Positions 1 through 8,807 of a stretch of DNA of 64,000 bases are shown one piece after another. The position numbers and the translations under genes were made by a program. A model generated the notes under the pieces. The model was not told the DNA's origin. It saw only the letters and a list, made by a program, of their open reading frames with translations, and ran no database searches. Where the stretch lies: positions 186,001 through 250,000 of IMG/VR virus record IMGVR_UViG_3300046692_000091, one strand, 5' to 3'. Position 1 is the stretch's first letter, and every line of letters begins with the position of its first letter.

Positions 1-159
1 ACGAAGAAAGTCGATCAACAAACGCTGGCGGAGTATTCGATGTTCACCATCGGTGACTTCGTTATCCTGACTAAAGATGAAGTGATCATCGCCATCAATG
101 GTGATGTTACTCGTCGCAATCGTGTTGATGGTTTCGACACAACTCGGGGGCAGGCATAA
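1..159 (+). CDS. hypothetical protein, 3' part (truncated by window edge)
   Basis: Frame 1 open from base 1 to TAA 157-159, which overlaps the next ATG (TAATG). Confidence 0.6.
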   Translation, partial: TKKVDQQTLAEYSMFTIGDFVILTKDEVIIAINGDVTRRNRVDGFDTTRGQA

Positions 160-455
160 TGCACGTTGTTCGCTTAGCAACAGATCGGTTGGGGGCTAAC
201 CCTATTGGCCAAGTCTGTGAAGCGTCTAAAGTGAAGAAATTGATGTGGTGTCCTAAGGGCACCTCCAACACCATCGCTGACACTGCCGACTACCATGTAG
301 GAATGATGATCGCTTCTGGTTTCATTAACGAACCCACAGCGCTCAACAAGTTCCTGCAGAAGCTGAAACAACCTGCCGGTGAGTATTACGTTCTGTTGTG
401 GAACGTCACGCGCGGTAACTCCGATGCTGTCTTCGAGTTTGACTTTGCTGGGTAA
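159..455 (+). CDS. hypothetical protein
   Basis: 98-aa ORF coupled to the upstream gene and followed by a terminator hairpin. Confidence 0.75.
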   Translation: MHVVRLATDRLGANPIGQVCEASKVKKLMWCPKGTSNTIADTADYHVGMMIASGFINEPTALNKFLQKLKQPAGEYYVLLWNVTRGNSDAVFEFDFAG

Positions 456-478
456 GCCTTCGGGCTTACCTTTATGCC
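451..478 (+). terminator. hairpin terminator-like element
   Basis: GGTAAGCC-TTCG-GGCTTACC followed by TTTATGCC. Confidence 0.8.
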
Positions 479-491
479 ATATTAAGGAAAT

Positions 492-1031
492 ATGATGCCT
501 TTTGTACTGTACATCTGCTGGATGCTTTTGTCTGCTTGGGGTTGCACCCGTATTGCGACCGCGTCATTTGGACCAGGTGATGGGGTAGAACGATTACTAC
601 TCTGGATGTTCCTCTGGCTGGTTTGCCTGGTACTGGTTGGGTACCTGCTGCTTAAAGCTTATCCTGATAAACCCCGTGGTAAGTTCAGCCTGGATCATGT
701 ATCGCTCCGTTATTGGGATGGTATTGGCCAGTACACCGAAGTATTGGATATAGCTCTAACACACAAGGTTTTCGAAGTAGGGGCTTGCGTCAATACCTTC
801 TATGCAATCCTGGAAGATACCGATTATCCAACTCCTACCCGCCGTGGCAGTGTAATGGCTTGCCGACCAGTATGGATTCGTTCTCTGAAAGAAGTAGAGA
901 TCAATAGCCAAACTGATCTGTTGAAGATAACGATCGATAAGGATGGCATGACCAAGGTTAAATACATCGGTCCTGCCACCTGTGTTACAGCTGATTGCAA
1001 ATGGCAATTTACCCCAGGGGAAAAGAAATGA
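492..1031 (+). CDS. hypothetical membrane protein (two N-terminal TM segments)
   Basis: SD AAGGA; two hydrophobic stretches in the first 55 aa. Confidence 0.8.
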   Translation: MMPFVLYICWMLLSAWGCTRIATASFGPGDGVERLLLWMFLWLVCLVLVGYLLLKAYPDKPRGKFSLDHVSLRYWDGIGQYTEVLDIALTHKVFEVGACVNTFYAILEDTDYPTPTRRGSVMACRPVWIRSLKEVEINSQTDLLKITIDKDGMTKVKYIGPATCVTADCKWQFTPGEKK

Positions 1032-1447
1032 ATAACGAAACGTTCTATGTTGTCGAAGTAATTCGCAAAGCCGACAACATGGCGTTTATGTTGTTCGGTA
1101 ATCATTCGAGTGATGCGGATGATAGCTGGTATTTCGATCAGCGACGTATCAGTGATCTGCGTGATTGGGCGCGGTTGGGTTCCATTATCCGTATCGGCGA
1201 CCATATCGACCACAATCAGTGGCTCGTTGATTTTGTTATCCCGCAGATGCGTATGTTGCAAGAGCGTTATCCTCTTAGTGACGACCATCACGGAGAGGGT
1301 GTAAAACATGTTACGCATAAACTTTGTATATACAAGGTCGATATGCGAGCTAGTTTAAATTTACGTTTTAAACCAATGGTGTGTCAGACCTTCCATCTGG
1401 TAGGTGAAGCATTTATTGGCGCAATCAAGCAAGGATATACTACATGA
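1028..1447 (+). CDS. hypothetical protein
   Basis: ATG 1028 overlaps the upstream stop; ORF track 995..1447. Confidence 0.75.
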   Translation: MNNETFYVVEVIRKADNMAFMLFGNHSSDADDSWYFDQRRISDLRDWARLGSIIRIGDHIDHNQWLVDFVIPQMRMLQERYPLSDDHHGEGVKHVTHKLCIYKVDMRASLNLRFKPMVCQTFHLVGEAFIGAIKQGYTT

Positions 1448-1800
1448 GTAACCAAACAATCCAATCGGTAGCAGTTGAAACCAAAACAGACAAACTCGCC
1501 CGTTTGCGGAAAGAGTACATCATCGATCAGTGGCCTACGTTCCTGAAACTTTTCCCTGGGATGTCCGAGTATCGCGGTGAAGGCCCTTTGGAACAAAAGG
1601 CTTTGGAGATGCTGGAGCTGAGCTATACCGCACAAGTATCTATCATCGGTGTGAAAGTACCCGATGAAGATCTACCTGCGCTACAAGCTCGGCCCACCAA
1701 AGACTTCATCAAGCATTTGAAGTCAAGTTACAACCGTTCTAATTTGGCCGATCAATGGCGTCTGGTACGCGATCAGTTCCTGATGGATCTCGAAGAATAA
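1444..1800 (+). CDS. hypothetical protein
   Basis: ATGA-coupled 118-aa ORF ending at a hairpin. Confidence 0.75.
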   Translation: MSNQTIQSVAVETKTDKLARLRKEYIIDQWPTFLKLFPGMSEYRGEGPLEQKALEMLELSYTAQVSIIGVKVPDEDLPALQARPTKDFIKHLKSSYNRSNLADQWRLVRDQFLMDLEE

Positions 1801-1803
1801 GAA

Positions 1804-1830
1804 GAGTCCCTTCGGGGACTCCTTTATTAC
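1804..1830 (+). terminator. hairpin terminator
   Basis: GAGTCCC-TTCG-GGGACTC then CTTTATTAC. Confidence 0.8.
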
Positions 1831-1847
1831 GTTAAGTGGAGTTACAC

Positions 1848-2300
1848 ATGGCAATGTCGAAAGCTGAAATTGCAATGAACGCTAAGTTTCCAACTAGTGG
1901 ACCTAAGTACGTCCCTTGGTATAAAGCACCAAGTAATACTCATGTTCGTACTGACGATATGTTCGATGTTGATCGTCAGGGCAATGGGTTCATTGTAACG
2001 GTATACGAATACCTGAACAAGAAGAAAGAAACCTGTCGTGAAGTGATCCGTGTCAAGCACATGGGTAAGGTTACCATACGTGATCTCGCTACTTGTTATG
2101 GTTGCCACCAAGTGCATAAGCGCGCTATGGAATCACATGACTTTCTTACCGTGTACAATCGCCTGTGTCTGGAAGCACCACTCAGTCGTGTGTATCGCTT
2201 CGATCACAATGGTCTTGCTATTAAGTGTTCTGGTAAAGCCAGTGACTTTGCCGATATGACCGATCTGAGACAAGTCTGGCCGCCGGTGGAATCTGAATGA
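1848..2300 (+). CDS. hypothetical protein
   Basis: ATG 1848 after GGAG; ORF track 1836..2300. Confidence 0.75.
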   Translation: MAMSKAEIAMNAKFPTSGPKYVPWYKAPSNTHVRTDDMFDVDRQGNGFIVTVYEYLNKKKETCREVIRVKHMGKVTIRDLATCYGCHQVHKRAMESHDFLTVYNRLCLEAPLSRVYRFDHNGLAIKCSGKASDFADMTDLRQVWPPVESE

Positions 2301-2710
2301 CATACGAAAGATTTATGACTCAAGTCTATCCCAAGCTTCAGTCGTATTTGCCTGGTGGTGTCAATTACGATTGGCACATGCCTATTCGTACACGGGTGGT
2401 GCTTCTTGAGCAAGCAGCTAAAGAACTTTTGCTTGCCGCTACGGAACTTGGTTGTGACCATGTCGGTCGTCTCAATACCCCACATAAGTACGATAGCTTA
2501 ATCTTTATTGCCCGGTTTGTTAATAAAGGTTGTAATCGTAACGATAAGCATGCTTGGCGTAAGCTCTGTGCAGACTCAGGGTTTGAGGTGCGCAACGAAG
2601 ATTGGTGGGCACCTGTGTTCTGGGGACCAATGAAAGGTTGGGCGGAATTCCGTAAAGCGATACAGGAATACGTTAAGCTTCAACAAAAAATGACTGGTTG
2701 TTATCATTAG
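2297..2710 (+). CDS. hypothetical protein
   Basis: ATGA-coupled 137-aa ORF. Confidence 0.75.
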   Translation: MTYERFMTQVYPKLQSYLPGGVNYDWHMPIRTRVVLLEQAAKELLLAATELGCDHVGRLNTPHKYDSLIFIARFVNKGCNRNDKHAWRKLCADSGFEVRNEDWWAPVFWGPMKGWAEFRKAIQEYVKLQQKMTGCYH

Positions 2711-2741
2711 ATGATCATCAATCCGTCAATAGGTATTACCA

Positions 2742-2948
2742 ATGCTTCAAAGAAAACAAGTCGTTAACCTAGTTAAAGCTGTCGCCGTAAAAGCCCTTAA
2801 AGGTCGGACGCACATTTTGCTGGGTAATGCAGGTGATGAGTTCCGCGTAGTTGCGGAGCATGAGACGATGCCAGGTTATTACTACATGCGTGGTAAGAAT
2901 CCGGAATGTCCGCCAATGTCTCTGCTGCACTTTACTGAAGTTGCATAA
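2742..2948 (+). CDS. hypothetical protein
   Basis: 68-aa ORF followed by a hairpin. Confidence 0.65.
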   Translation: MLQRKQVVNLVKAVAVKALKGRTHILLGNAGDEFRVVAEHETMPGYYYMRGKNPECPPMSLLHFTEVA

Positions 2949-2950
2949 GC

Positions 2951-2978
2951 GCAGCCCTCTGGGGCTGCATTTATTTCG
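2951..2978 (+). terminator. hairpin terminator
   Basis: GCAGCCC-TCTG-GGGCTGC then ATTTATTTCG. Confidence 0.7.
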
Positions 2979-2990
2979 TTAGGAGTTAAC

Positions 2991-3410
2991 ATGCGTTACA
3001 ATAGCCCGTCAAAGCAGAAGTTTACTTTACTCGGTTGGACCATGGGTTGGATCGAATGGCTCATCTTGTTCGGTGTGTTGGCGTACGGAGTTTATGATCA
3101 CTTCGATAAAAAGCCCCCACCACTCACAACTGTTCAAGAAGTCGAATCCGTCTTCTTAGGTAGTGATGATGATAATACAAAGTCTGTTGACGTCTGGTTG
3201 ATGAAATACCAACTGGATTTCGATCGAGCTGATAAGGAATACCAGGATGGCCGGGATCTGCGATTCTTTAAGCATTCCTTTCTGAAGAAGTGTCTTACGG
3301 AAGTGGCGGAGAAGAATGGACCACGTCTATCAGATGCCTGGGTAAGAGAGTGTCTGGAAAAAGCAGACCGTGAAGCATTCGCTGCTCAAGAATACTGGAA
3401 GAAGAAATGA
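2991..3410 (+). CDS. hypothetical membrane-anchored protein
   Basis: SD AGGAG; N-terminal TM segment. Confidence 0.75.
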   Translation: MRYNSPSKQKFTLLGWTMGWIEWLILFGVLAYGVYDHFDKKPPPLTTVQEVESVFLGSDDDNTKSVDVWLMKYQLDFDRADKEYQDGRDLRFFKHSFLKKCLTEVAEKNGPRLSDAWVRECLEKADREAFAAQEYWKKK

Positions 3411-3727
3411 AGAAGCTAAGATGGATACAGCTTGGTATGATCGTAGGCGTGGTATTAATCGCCGCCGGTGTATTTGGCCTTGTGCAGCAAAAGAAAGACA
3501 AGGCCGAGGAGCTCCAAGAATGGATAGCTGAAAATGTCTATCCTGTACTGAAGATTCGTAATCTGCTTACTACCCAATGTACCCTGCAATGGGAACTAGG
3601 TCACTTACGTGAAGTGGGTGGACGTTGGGAACCTGGTGTAGCTCCTGATGATGTCAAAGCCCGTTGTGCAAGCGATGCTGCCAAGGCCGCCCCTCTTCCT
3701 GTTTATACGGACAGCAATAATGAATGA
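3407..3727 (+). CDS. hypothetical membrane-anchored protein
   Basis: ATGA-coupled; N-terminal TM segment. Confidence 0.75.
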   Translation: MKKLRWIQLGMIVGVVLIAAGVFGLVQQKKDKAEELQEWIAENVYPVLKIRNLLTTQCTLQWELGHLREVGGRWEPGVAPDDVKARCASDAAKAAPLPVYTDSNNE

Positions 3728-4001
3728 TAAGGCTACTACTTCTTTCTTCGGCGCTTGCTTTGTCATTGGCTTAGCAGCGTTGAGTGTGGTACTCTGGAAC
3801 AAATACAATCCACCTCAGTTAGACCCAGGTTATCTGGCGTTCCAAGCTGATACGGATAATCGTCTGGCCATTCGTAAGAAGCGTTTGGCCTATGAAGCTG
3901 CATGTATCCACGACGAGCGTCTGTTGGATATTCAATTTGGGAAAGTAGTCTATGACTGTGGTAAGATCTCAAAGCAGGTCTACCCAATGCCAGATGTTTA
4001 A
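3720..4001 (+). CDS. hypothetical membrane-anchored protein
   Basis: ATG 3720 overlaps the upstream gene end; N-terminal TM segment. Confidence 0.7.
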   Translation: MNDKATTSFFGACFVIGLAALSVVLWNKYNPPQLDPGYLAFQADTDNRLAIRKKRLAYEAACIHDERLLDIQFGKVVYDCGKISKQVYPMPDV

Positions 4002-4014
4002 AACCATCTGAAGA

Positions 4015-4023
4015 CTACATTAC
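4015..4023 (+). promoter_or_regulatory. phiKZ-type early promoter-like motif (variant)
   Basis: CTACATTAC, intergenic, 30 nt upstream of an ATG; variant of the CTATATTAC motif repeated in this window. Confidence 0.5.
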
Positions 4024-4052
4024 AATAGTGATAAGAACCTAAGGAGTTGTAA

Positions 4053-4730
4053 ATGGACCAAGTTAAGAGTAACTTTGAAATCGCACGTGGTATCGTTCGT
4101 CGCTACATGGCAAACTTCACTGATTCAACTACTCCACCAAAACTGGTGAAAGGTGGTTTCTTTGCTATGATCGCCTCGGATACTGGGGAGGTCTGGCTTG
4201 GGGAAGCTCAGTCCTTCGCAGCAACTATCACGCGTTTCAGAGCTACTACTGGAAAGCAGATTGCTGATTGCATGGCGCAAGCTAAGCTGCGTGGGGCTAA
4301 GTTAGAACTGTGGCTGTTGACACAACCAACTCGCTTCTCTGCACAGGAGTTGGAAAATGAGCTGTATGAGTGTGACCTGTTGGCTGGACGGAAACGTCCT
4401 AACCGTGAAGGCGCAGGTGAGTTGCTGGTGGTTCGCCATCGTCGCTCGCTGAACTACTTCGTGGTATCCAATCGTCAGGAATCGACGCACGAGTCTGTGC
4501 TATCGCGTTTCCTGTACCGGTTGAATCAAACTGGTGGTGATGTGCACAACAAACGGTTGTCTGATTTCATTACCGAGAACGTTGAGGATGTATTGAATCA
4601 ACGCGGTTTTGATATTACGTTTGTTGCACACTTTGTGGACAATGAAGATCTTTGGTTGAAGCGGCAGGTTTATATCGACGAGTGTCAATCAGGCGAATGC
4701 TTGAACCACCGTAATGTTGACCTGGTTTAA
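4053..4730 (+). CDS. hypothetical protein, possible degenerate GIY-YIG-like fold
   Basis: SD AAGGAG; GGFFAMIASDTGEVWLGE resembles a GIY...GKVYIG pattern; catalytic residues not clear. Confidence 0.5.
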   Translation: MDQVKSNFEIARGIVRRYMANFTDSTTPPKLVKGGFFAMIASDTGEVWLGEAQSFAATITRFRATTGKQIADCMAQAKLRGAKLELWLLTQPTRFSAQELENELYECDLLAGRKRPNREGAGELLVVRHRRSLNYFVVSNRQESTHESVLSRFLYRLNQTGGDVHNKRLSDFITENVEDVLNQRGFDITFVAHFVDNEDLWLKRQVYIDECQSGECLNHRNVDLV

Positions 4731-4806
4731 TTATACTCTCCTTTATTATCTGGTGAGCAAATGCTTCCACAAAAGAAATCCCAAATGTCCAAAAGGTTCA
4801 ATCATC

Positions 4807-5457
4807 ATGAGTGCACACATTGTAGAGATCCATGACCATATCAAAATCCTATTAAAGCGTATTGAAAATTATACGTCAAACCGGCAGTATGGTGAGGGGA
4901 ACATTCCTCACCTGTGCATTAAAGTAAAACACAACAATGGCTTTGCCTGGTTTGGTGTTCACATCCTGGAAGCACCAACCATCAACTGGCCTGTAGAAAT
5001 ACGGGACCAGATTGAGAAAGAAATTCGTGATGGTCTTGATAAGATCTGCGATGTCCAGGAACTGGTTACTGATATGCCTCGTCTGATGGATTCCATCTCT
5101 GACGTGGTAAGTTCACGCAAGCGCCCAACTATCTTTGGTGGGCAAGGCAACGATCTACTGCAACTCCACATGGACGGTAATGTTCAACTCGATATGTATC
5201 GGGATCATCGGAATGGCGATACGCTTTCCTATGGTGGGTTTGAAGGAGAGATTCTGTTGAATGGTCGTTGGTATCCATTCTTCATGTATCACCGTGGGGT
5301 CATCCTGTATAACTACATCGATGCTACTGTAGCTACGGCTATGATCACTCGTGCACTGACTCGTCAGTTCCCTGAGATCTTCGATGAAGACGAACCAGAC
5401 TTCGTACAAGTTGATCACAGTATCGATCGTACTCGGAATAAACGTAAGGAGCTCTGA
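4807..5457 (+). CDS. hypothetical protein
   Basis: Long ORF (track 4714..5457); likely ATG 4807. Confidence 0.75.
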   Translation: MSAHIVEIHDHIKILLKRIENYTSNRQYGEGNIPHLCIKVKHNNGFAWFGVHILEAPTINWPVEIRDQIEKEIRDGLDKICDVQELVTDMPRLMDSISDVVSSRKRPTIFGGQGNDLLQLHMDGNVQLDMYRDHRNGDTLSYGGFEGEILLNGRWYPFFMYHRGVILYNYIDATVATAMITRALTRQFPEIFDEDEPDFVQVDHSIDRTRNKRKEL

Positions 5458-5891
5458 TGTCTCATCTGGTGCTGGTTGAAATCGCACCTGTAGAAACGTC
5501 TCTAGGCTTCTCCCGTTTATCAGGGGAGCCATTGACGTGCCTAGAGTCCTACGCAGACAAGATCACTGATCTATTTACAATTCGTCAATACGGGTATCAC
5601 CCTGAATACGGTGCAACACTCTTTGAGATCATCATCGACTGGGGCGACTCTTATATCAATCCTGGTCCCCTACCTGGGTACCTCGGTGAGATACTAGAAC
5701 CATTGCCGCTCAGGGCAGCTCTTGCTAAACTGCAAAGACAGTATGAGGTAATCTTAGAAGCGAACTGTCAGGTCGTGCGCCACGAGGGCCGGATAACTAG
5801 GTGTTCGTTCAAACCGAAAGGTGAATATCTAGATGCCCCGACCAATTTAGACTGGACGCTCGAAGATCCTCCCAAGCGAGAACTCATTTGA
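5457..5891 (+). CDS. hypothetical protein
   Basis: TGATG-coupled 144-aa ORF with SD AAGGAG. Confidence 0.75.
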   Translation: MSHLVLVEIAPVETSLGFSRLSGEPLTCLESYADKITDLFTIRQYGYHPEYGATLFEIIIDWGDSYINPGPLPGYLGEILEPLPLRAALAKLQRQYEVILEANCQVVRHEGRITRCSFKPKGEYLDAPTNLDWTLEDPPKRELI

Positions 5892-6064
5892 CCGAGAATA
5901 GTGTACAACTATATATGTGGTGATACTGCATGTGTTGTTTCCTTTCTCTTGATCGCTCTTTAACAACTTGTGTGTAACGACTAGCGGGGTTAGATTCCCT
6001 TGCACCTCCTCAGGCGTCTTTCATCGACTGATGCCGTGTCTTGGATTGCCAAGCGCAATAAATT

Positions 6065-6093
6065 GCCTATCCTTCGGGATAGGCTTTATGTTG
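6065..6093 (+). terminator. hairpin terminator-like element
   Basis: GCCTATCC-TTCG-GGATAGGC then TTTATGTTG. Confidence 0.8.
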
Positions 6094-6126
6094 TTTAAGA
6101 CTAACTGACTTAATTGGGGCCACATT

Positions 6127-6582
6127 ATGTATTACAACTTCAGTCACAAAGAACTACCGTTCCAACTGAATACACTGCTGCGCTTTCTCTGCAAGGCTAC
6201 AGTAATGCGTCGTCAGTTTGATGAAGACGAACACGTTTCGTTCACACCTCAAACTTCCGTAACAATGGTTGTGCCGTCACCTGGTAGCTGTGACATCGAA
6301 CCGTATATCATCGCTACTTGTCCAGTAACTGGTTGCAGTCTGCGTTTGACTGTTAAGCTGGTACCTGAGCGCTCACTGGGGACACGTAATGATGCTGTGG
6401 CATACTTACGTCGCACTCTGTGCCGTGAAGCTATCATGGTGTCTGAGCGCGATATCCACAATGTCGAGAAGTATGGTGAGCGTAAGCATTACACCAAGAA
6501 CTTCTTCAAAGAGCTGATCGCGAAATATCAGTATCGCATTGATACCTTCGCATCCTACAACTTCCATGCACGTTACGATTAA
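6127..6582 (+). CDS. hypothetical protein
   Basis: 151-aa ORF. Confidence 0.75.
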   Translation: MYYNFSHKELPFQLNTLLRFLCKATVMRRQFDEDEHVSFTPQTSVTMVVPSPGSCDIEPYIIATCPVTGCSLRLTVKLVPERSLGTRNDAVAYLRRTLCREAIMVSERDIHNVEKYGERKHYTKNFFKELIAKYQYRIDTFASYNFHARYD

Positions 6583-6620
6583 GGCTTTATATGTACGGAC
6601 AATCATTTCAAGGTAACACC

Positions 6621-6842
6621 ATGAGCTTTAAAGCACGACTGAAGTACGAAGCAATAACCATCAGTGTAAGTGTAATCAGTGCACTCTGTTATATGGCCAC
6701 GGTTTTCTGCGTGGTTATGGTGTTTGGTGCAGCTGCTACAAACACGTTGTGGATGGCACCTGTTGCGTTAGCACTGGCTGTTGTCTGTGCGCGTATCGGT
6801 GTTGTTACTCATGGTTATGCTAAACCACGATGGAAACGTTAA
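6621..6842 (+). CDS. small membrane protein (2 TM)
   Basis: Hydrophobic ORF; ATG 6621 after AAGGT (track start 6591). Confidence 0.65.
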   Translation: MSFKARLKYEAITISVSVISALCYMATVFCVVMVFGAAATNTLWMAPVALALAVVCARIGVVTHGYAKPRWKR

Positions 6843-7141
6843 TGGAAATCCCAACAAGGCAAGATCGCATTCAAAGCCTGTATGGTGAGGCTATCGAGAC
6901 GTACTCGGTAGTCTTAAACAAAGCTATCCTGGAGGACAGTGAGGAAACGGATGGTAAGGGTTGTTCTTATATCACTACCCGCTTGAATGCTGACGGAGAT
7001 TATGTGGACTCACGTGTTATCAAATATCTCGATGAGCATTATCGTAAAGCTGGTTGGATCATTGAGCAGCATTCCGATGCAGATAGTGATAAGCAACACA
7101 TCCGTATCTATTTTCTGCAGCAATCCGTTAAGGGTGATTAG
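6842..7141 (+). CDS. hypothetical protein
   Basis: TAATG-coupled ORF. Confidence 0.7.
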   Translation: MEIPTRQDRIQSLYGEAIETYSVVLNKAILEDSEETDGKGCSYITTRLNADGDYVDSRVIKYLDEHYRKAGWIIEQHSDADSDKQHIRIYFLQQSVKGD

Positions 7142-7162
7142 TACTCTGTATGCAATAGTATA
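7141..7162 (+). promoter_or_regulatory. putative ncRNA-associated promoter motif
   Basis: GTACT-ctgtat-GCAATAGTATA matches the ATACT-N6-GTAATAGTATA consensus. Confidence 0.55.
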
Positions 7163-7279
7163 TAGACGAACTGGAATTCCGTAGAACATCTCCCAACTTA
7201 TCACCTACCCGTCGGTGTGTTGGTGCTACGTGAATTCCACCTATTTAATACTGTCCACCTGCGGGTGGGCTTTATGCCG
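7163..7279 (+). ncRNA. putative small RNA (rod-like hairpin plus terminator)
   Basis: Nested helices GGAATTC/GAATTCC, CGTAG/CTACG, CCAAC/GTTGG, CACC/GGTG (7173-7238) between the promoter motif and the terminator GTCCACC-TGCG-GGTGGGC-TTTATGCCG. Confidence 0.55.
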
Positions 7280-7292
7280 CTTTAGGGAACAT

Positions 7293-7469
7293 ATGACTTT
7301 CTTGAAATATTTGGCTCTATTTGGAGTCGTCCTGCTTTTTCAGGGTGGTATGGAATTACGCTATGGTTTACACCATGCTGCGTTTGATACCTGGCAATAC
7401 TGGGTTGGTTCTAGTCTTCTCTGGTTAGTTGTTACGATTGTATTCGATTGGGTGGAGTCAAAGAAATGA
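7293..7469 (+). CDS. small membrane protein
   Basis: ATG 7293 after AGGGA; two hydrophobic segments. Confidence 0.65.
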   Translation: MTFLKYLALFGVVLLFQGGMELRYGLHHAAFDTWQYWVGSSLLWLVVTIVFDWVESKK

Positions 7470-8161
7470 CTTACATTGTTTACGATGGTAAAGCGCTCAT
7501 CTCTGATCGATTAATGCAACAAACCGTAGGGCAGGATGCAATAGGTCGTCAGCCTGTCCATAAATCCGGCTACGTCAATTTGTCCCGCCTAGGTAAAGGG
7601 GTGGACATTTTCTTTGATGATTGTTCCAAGATGATCTTCCCGGAGAAGGGCACGTATAAGGGTCAACGTATCCTGGTATTTGCCGCCTCTGGTTCAGTCA
7701 ACAATCTAGGTGAACTGGCGAATGCTTTAGCTGCAGGTGTAGACTTCGATGCTTATTTAGGGGTTGAAGTAAACATATCTAAGGAGAGTCGTCGTATTTT
7801 CAATGGACGTACATCAGTACTGTTGATTACCGAAGATGGTACGGGACATGCTTTTACTGCGGGTGATAATGGCGTCATTGATGTCACTACAGAATTACCT
7901 CTACATCTTGGTGCGGGCATTGACCCAGTCGGCGGTGTCTATCAGATGGTCGTAGGGCCTATGACAGCGCTGGAATGTTACGTGGTGGCTTCAAACCATA
8001 GTGATCTGGTGAGTCGTAACTTCGACTACTATATCCCTGCCACGCAGACGTACGTGAAAGATCAACGGTTAACACCTCGTCAAGCTACACAGATTCTGGA
8101 GAAGGTTCAGAAACGAATTAACCTGCTTGCCACGGTGAAGTCTAAACCTTACGTCAATTAA
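7466..8161 (+). CDS. putative Ntn-hydrolase (HslV/proteasome beta-like) protein
   Basis: ATGA-coupled start gives MTYIVYDGKALISDR, like phage MTTIxxDGxxxxxD proteins; later SGS and LHLGAG segments. Confidence 0.45.
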   Translation: MTYIVYDGKALISDRLMQQTVGQDAIGRQPVHKSGYVNLSRLGKGVDIFFDDCSKMIFPEKGTYKGQRILVFAASGSVNNLGELANALAAGVDFDAYLGVEVNISKESRRIFNGRTSVLLITEDGTGHAFTAGDNGVIDVTTELPLHLGAGIDPVGGVYQMVVGPMTALECYVVASNHSDLVSRNFDYYIPATQTYVKDQRLTPRQATQILEKVQKRINLLATVKSKPYVN

Positions 8162-8173
8162 CAAGGAAGTAAC

Positions 8174-8305
8174 ATGCTTAACCCAGTACAAGATAGGATA
8201 AAGCGTCGTCAGAATGCAATGCGGCTTGACACCGTCCAACGCTACACAATGAAAGCATTCATTACTATCGTGGTGATAATAGGACTAGTGGAACTGATGA
8301 CATGA
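8174..8305 (+). CDS. 43-aa membrane-tailed microprotein (not in ORF track)
   Basis: SD AAGGAAG; MLNPVQDRIKRRQNAMRLDTVQRYTMKAFITIVVIIGLVELMT; stop overlaps the next ATG. Confidence 0.6.
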   Translation: MLNPVQDRIKRRQNAMRLDTVQRYTMKAFITIVVIIGLVELMT

Positions 8306-8574
8306 ATACGGCAATACCTGGTTGGACAACAATAGGTTTATTCCTAGCTTGGTTCATAAGTCACAGCTTGGTGATCTGGATAGCCTACAGACGAAACATG
8401 GCGATCGACATCAAGAATTGGCAAGGTCCCGATCTAGCGGAATTCGAGAAGAAGATGTTCTTTGCTCAGACTGATCACATCTTGGAGATCTGGTGGTTCA
8501 AAGCACTGCGCGCTGTATTCATTTACGGTAGCATCGCATTCTTCTTTATCTGGCTACACTTCGCTTCACTATAA
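8302..8574 (+). CDS. membrane protein (2 TM)
   Basis: ATGA-coupled; two hydrophobic helices. Confidence 0.7.
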   Translation: MNTAIPGWTTIGLFLAWFISHSLVIWIAYRRNMAIDIKNWQGPDLAEFEKKMFFAQTDHILEIWWFKALRAVFIYGSIAFFFIWLHFASL

Positions 8575-8586
8575 ACAATCTCAGAT

Positions 8587-8595
8587 CTATATTAC
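8587..8595 (+). promoter_or_regulatory. phiKZ-type early promoter-like motif
   Basis: TCAGAT-CTATATTAC; same context as 49531 and near-identical to 52099. Confidence 0.65.
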
Positions 8596-8635
8596 TCTTG
8601 GGCACATACCCCCAATCGAGAACAAGGTAAAAGTA

Positions 8636-8806
8636 ATGTTGAATAACGCTGATATGTACACCCTCGAAATTAAAGACCTGAGCGGCACTGAAGTAACTAC
8701 GGTTACTAAAGCCGGTTGGGAACTGAATGGCGAATACGACTTCTTGATCGTAGGCCAAACCGTGCGCGATTGGCGCATGTACATTGTAACTCCATTCGGA
8801 GCGTAA
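8636..8806 (+). CDS. hypothetical protein (56 aa)
   Basis: ATG 8636 after AAGGT and downstream of the promoter motif. Confidence 0.65.
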   Translation: MLNNADMYTLEIKDLSGTEVTTVTKAGWELNGEYDFLIVGQTVRDWRMYIVTPFGA

Positions 8807-8807
8807 T

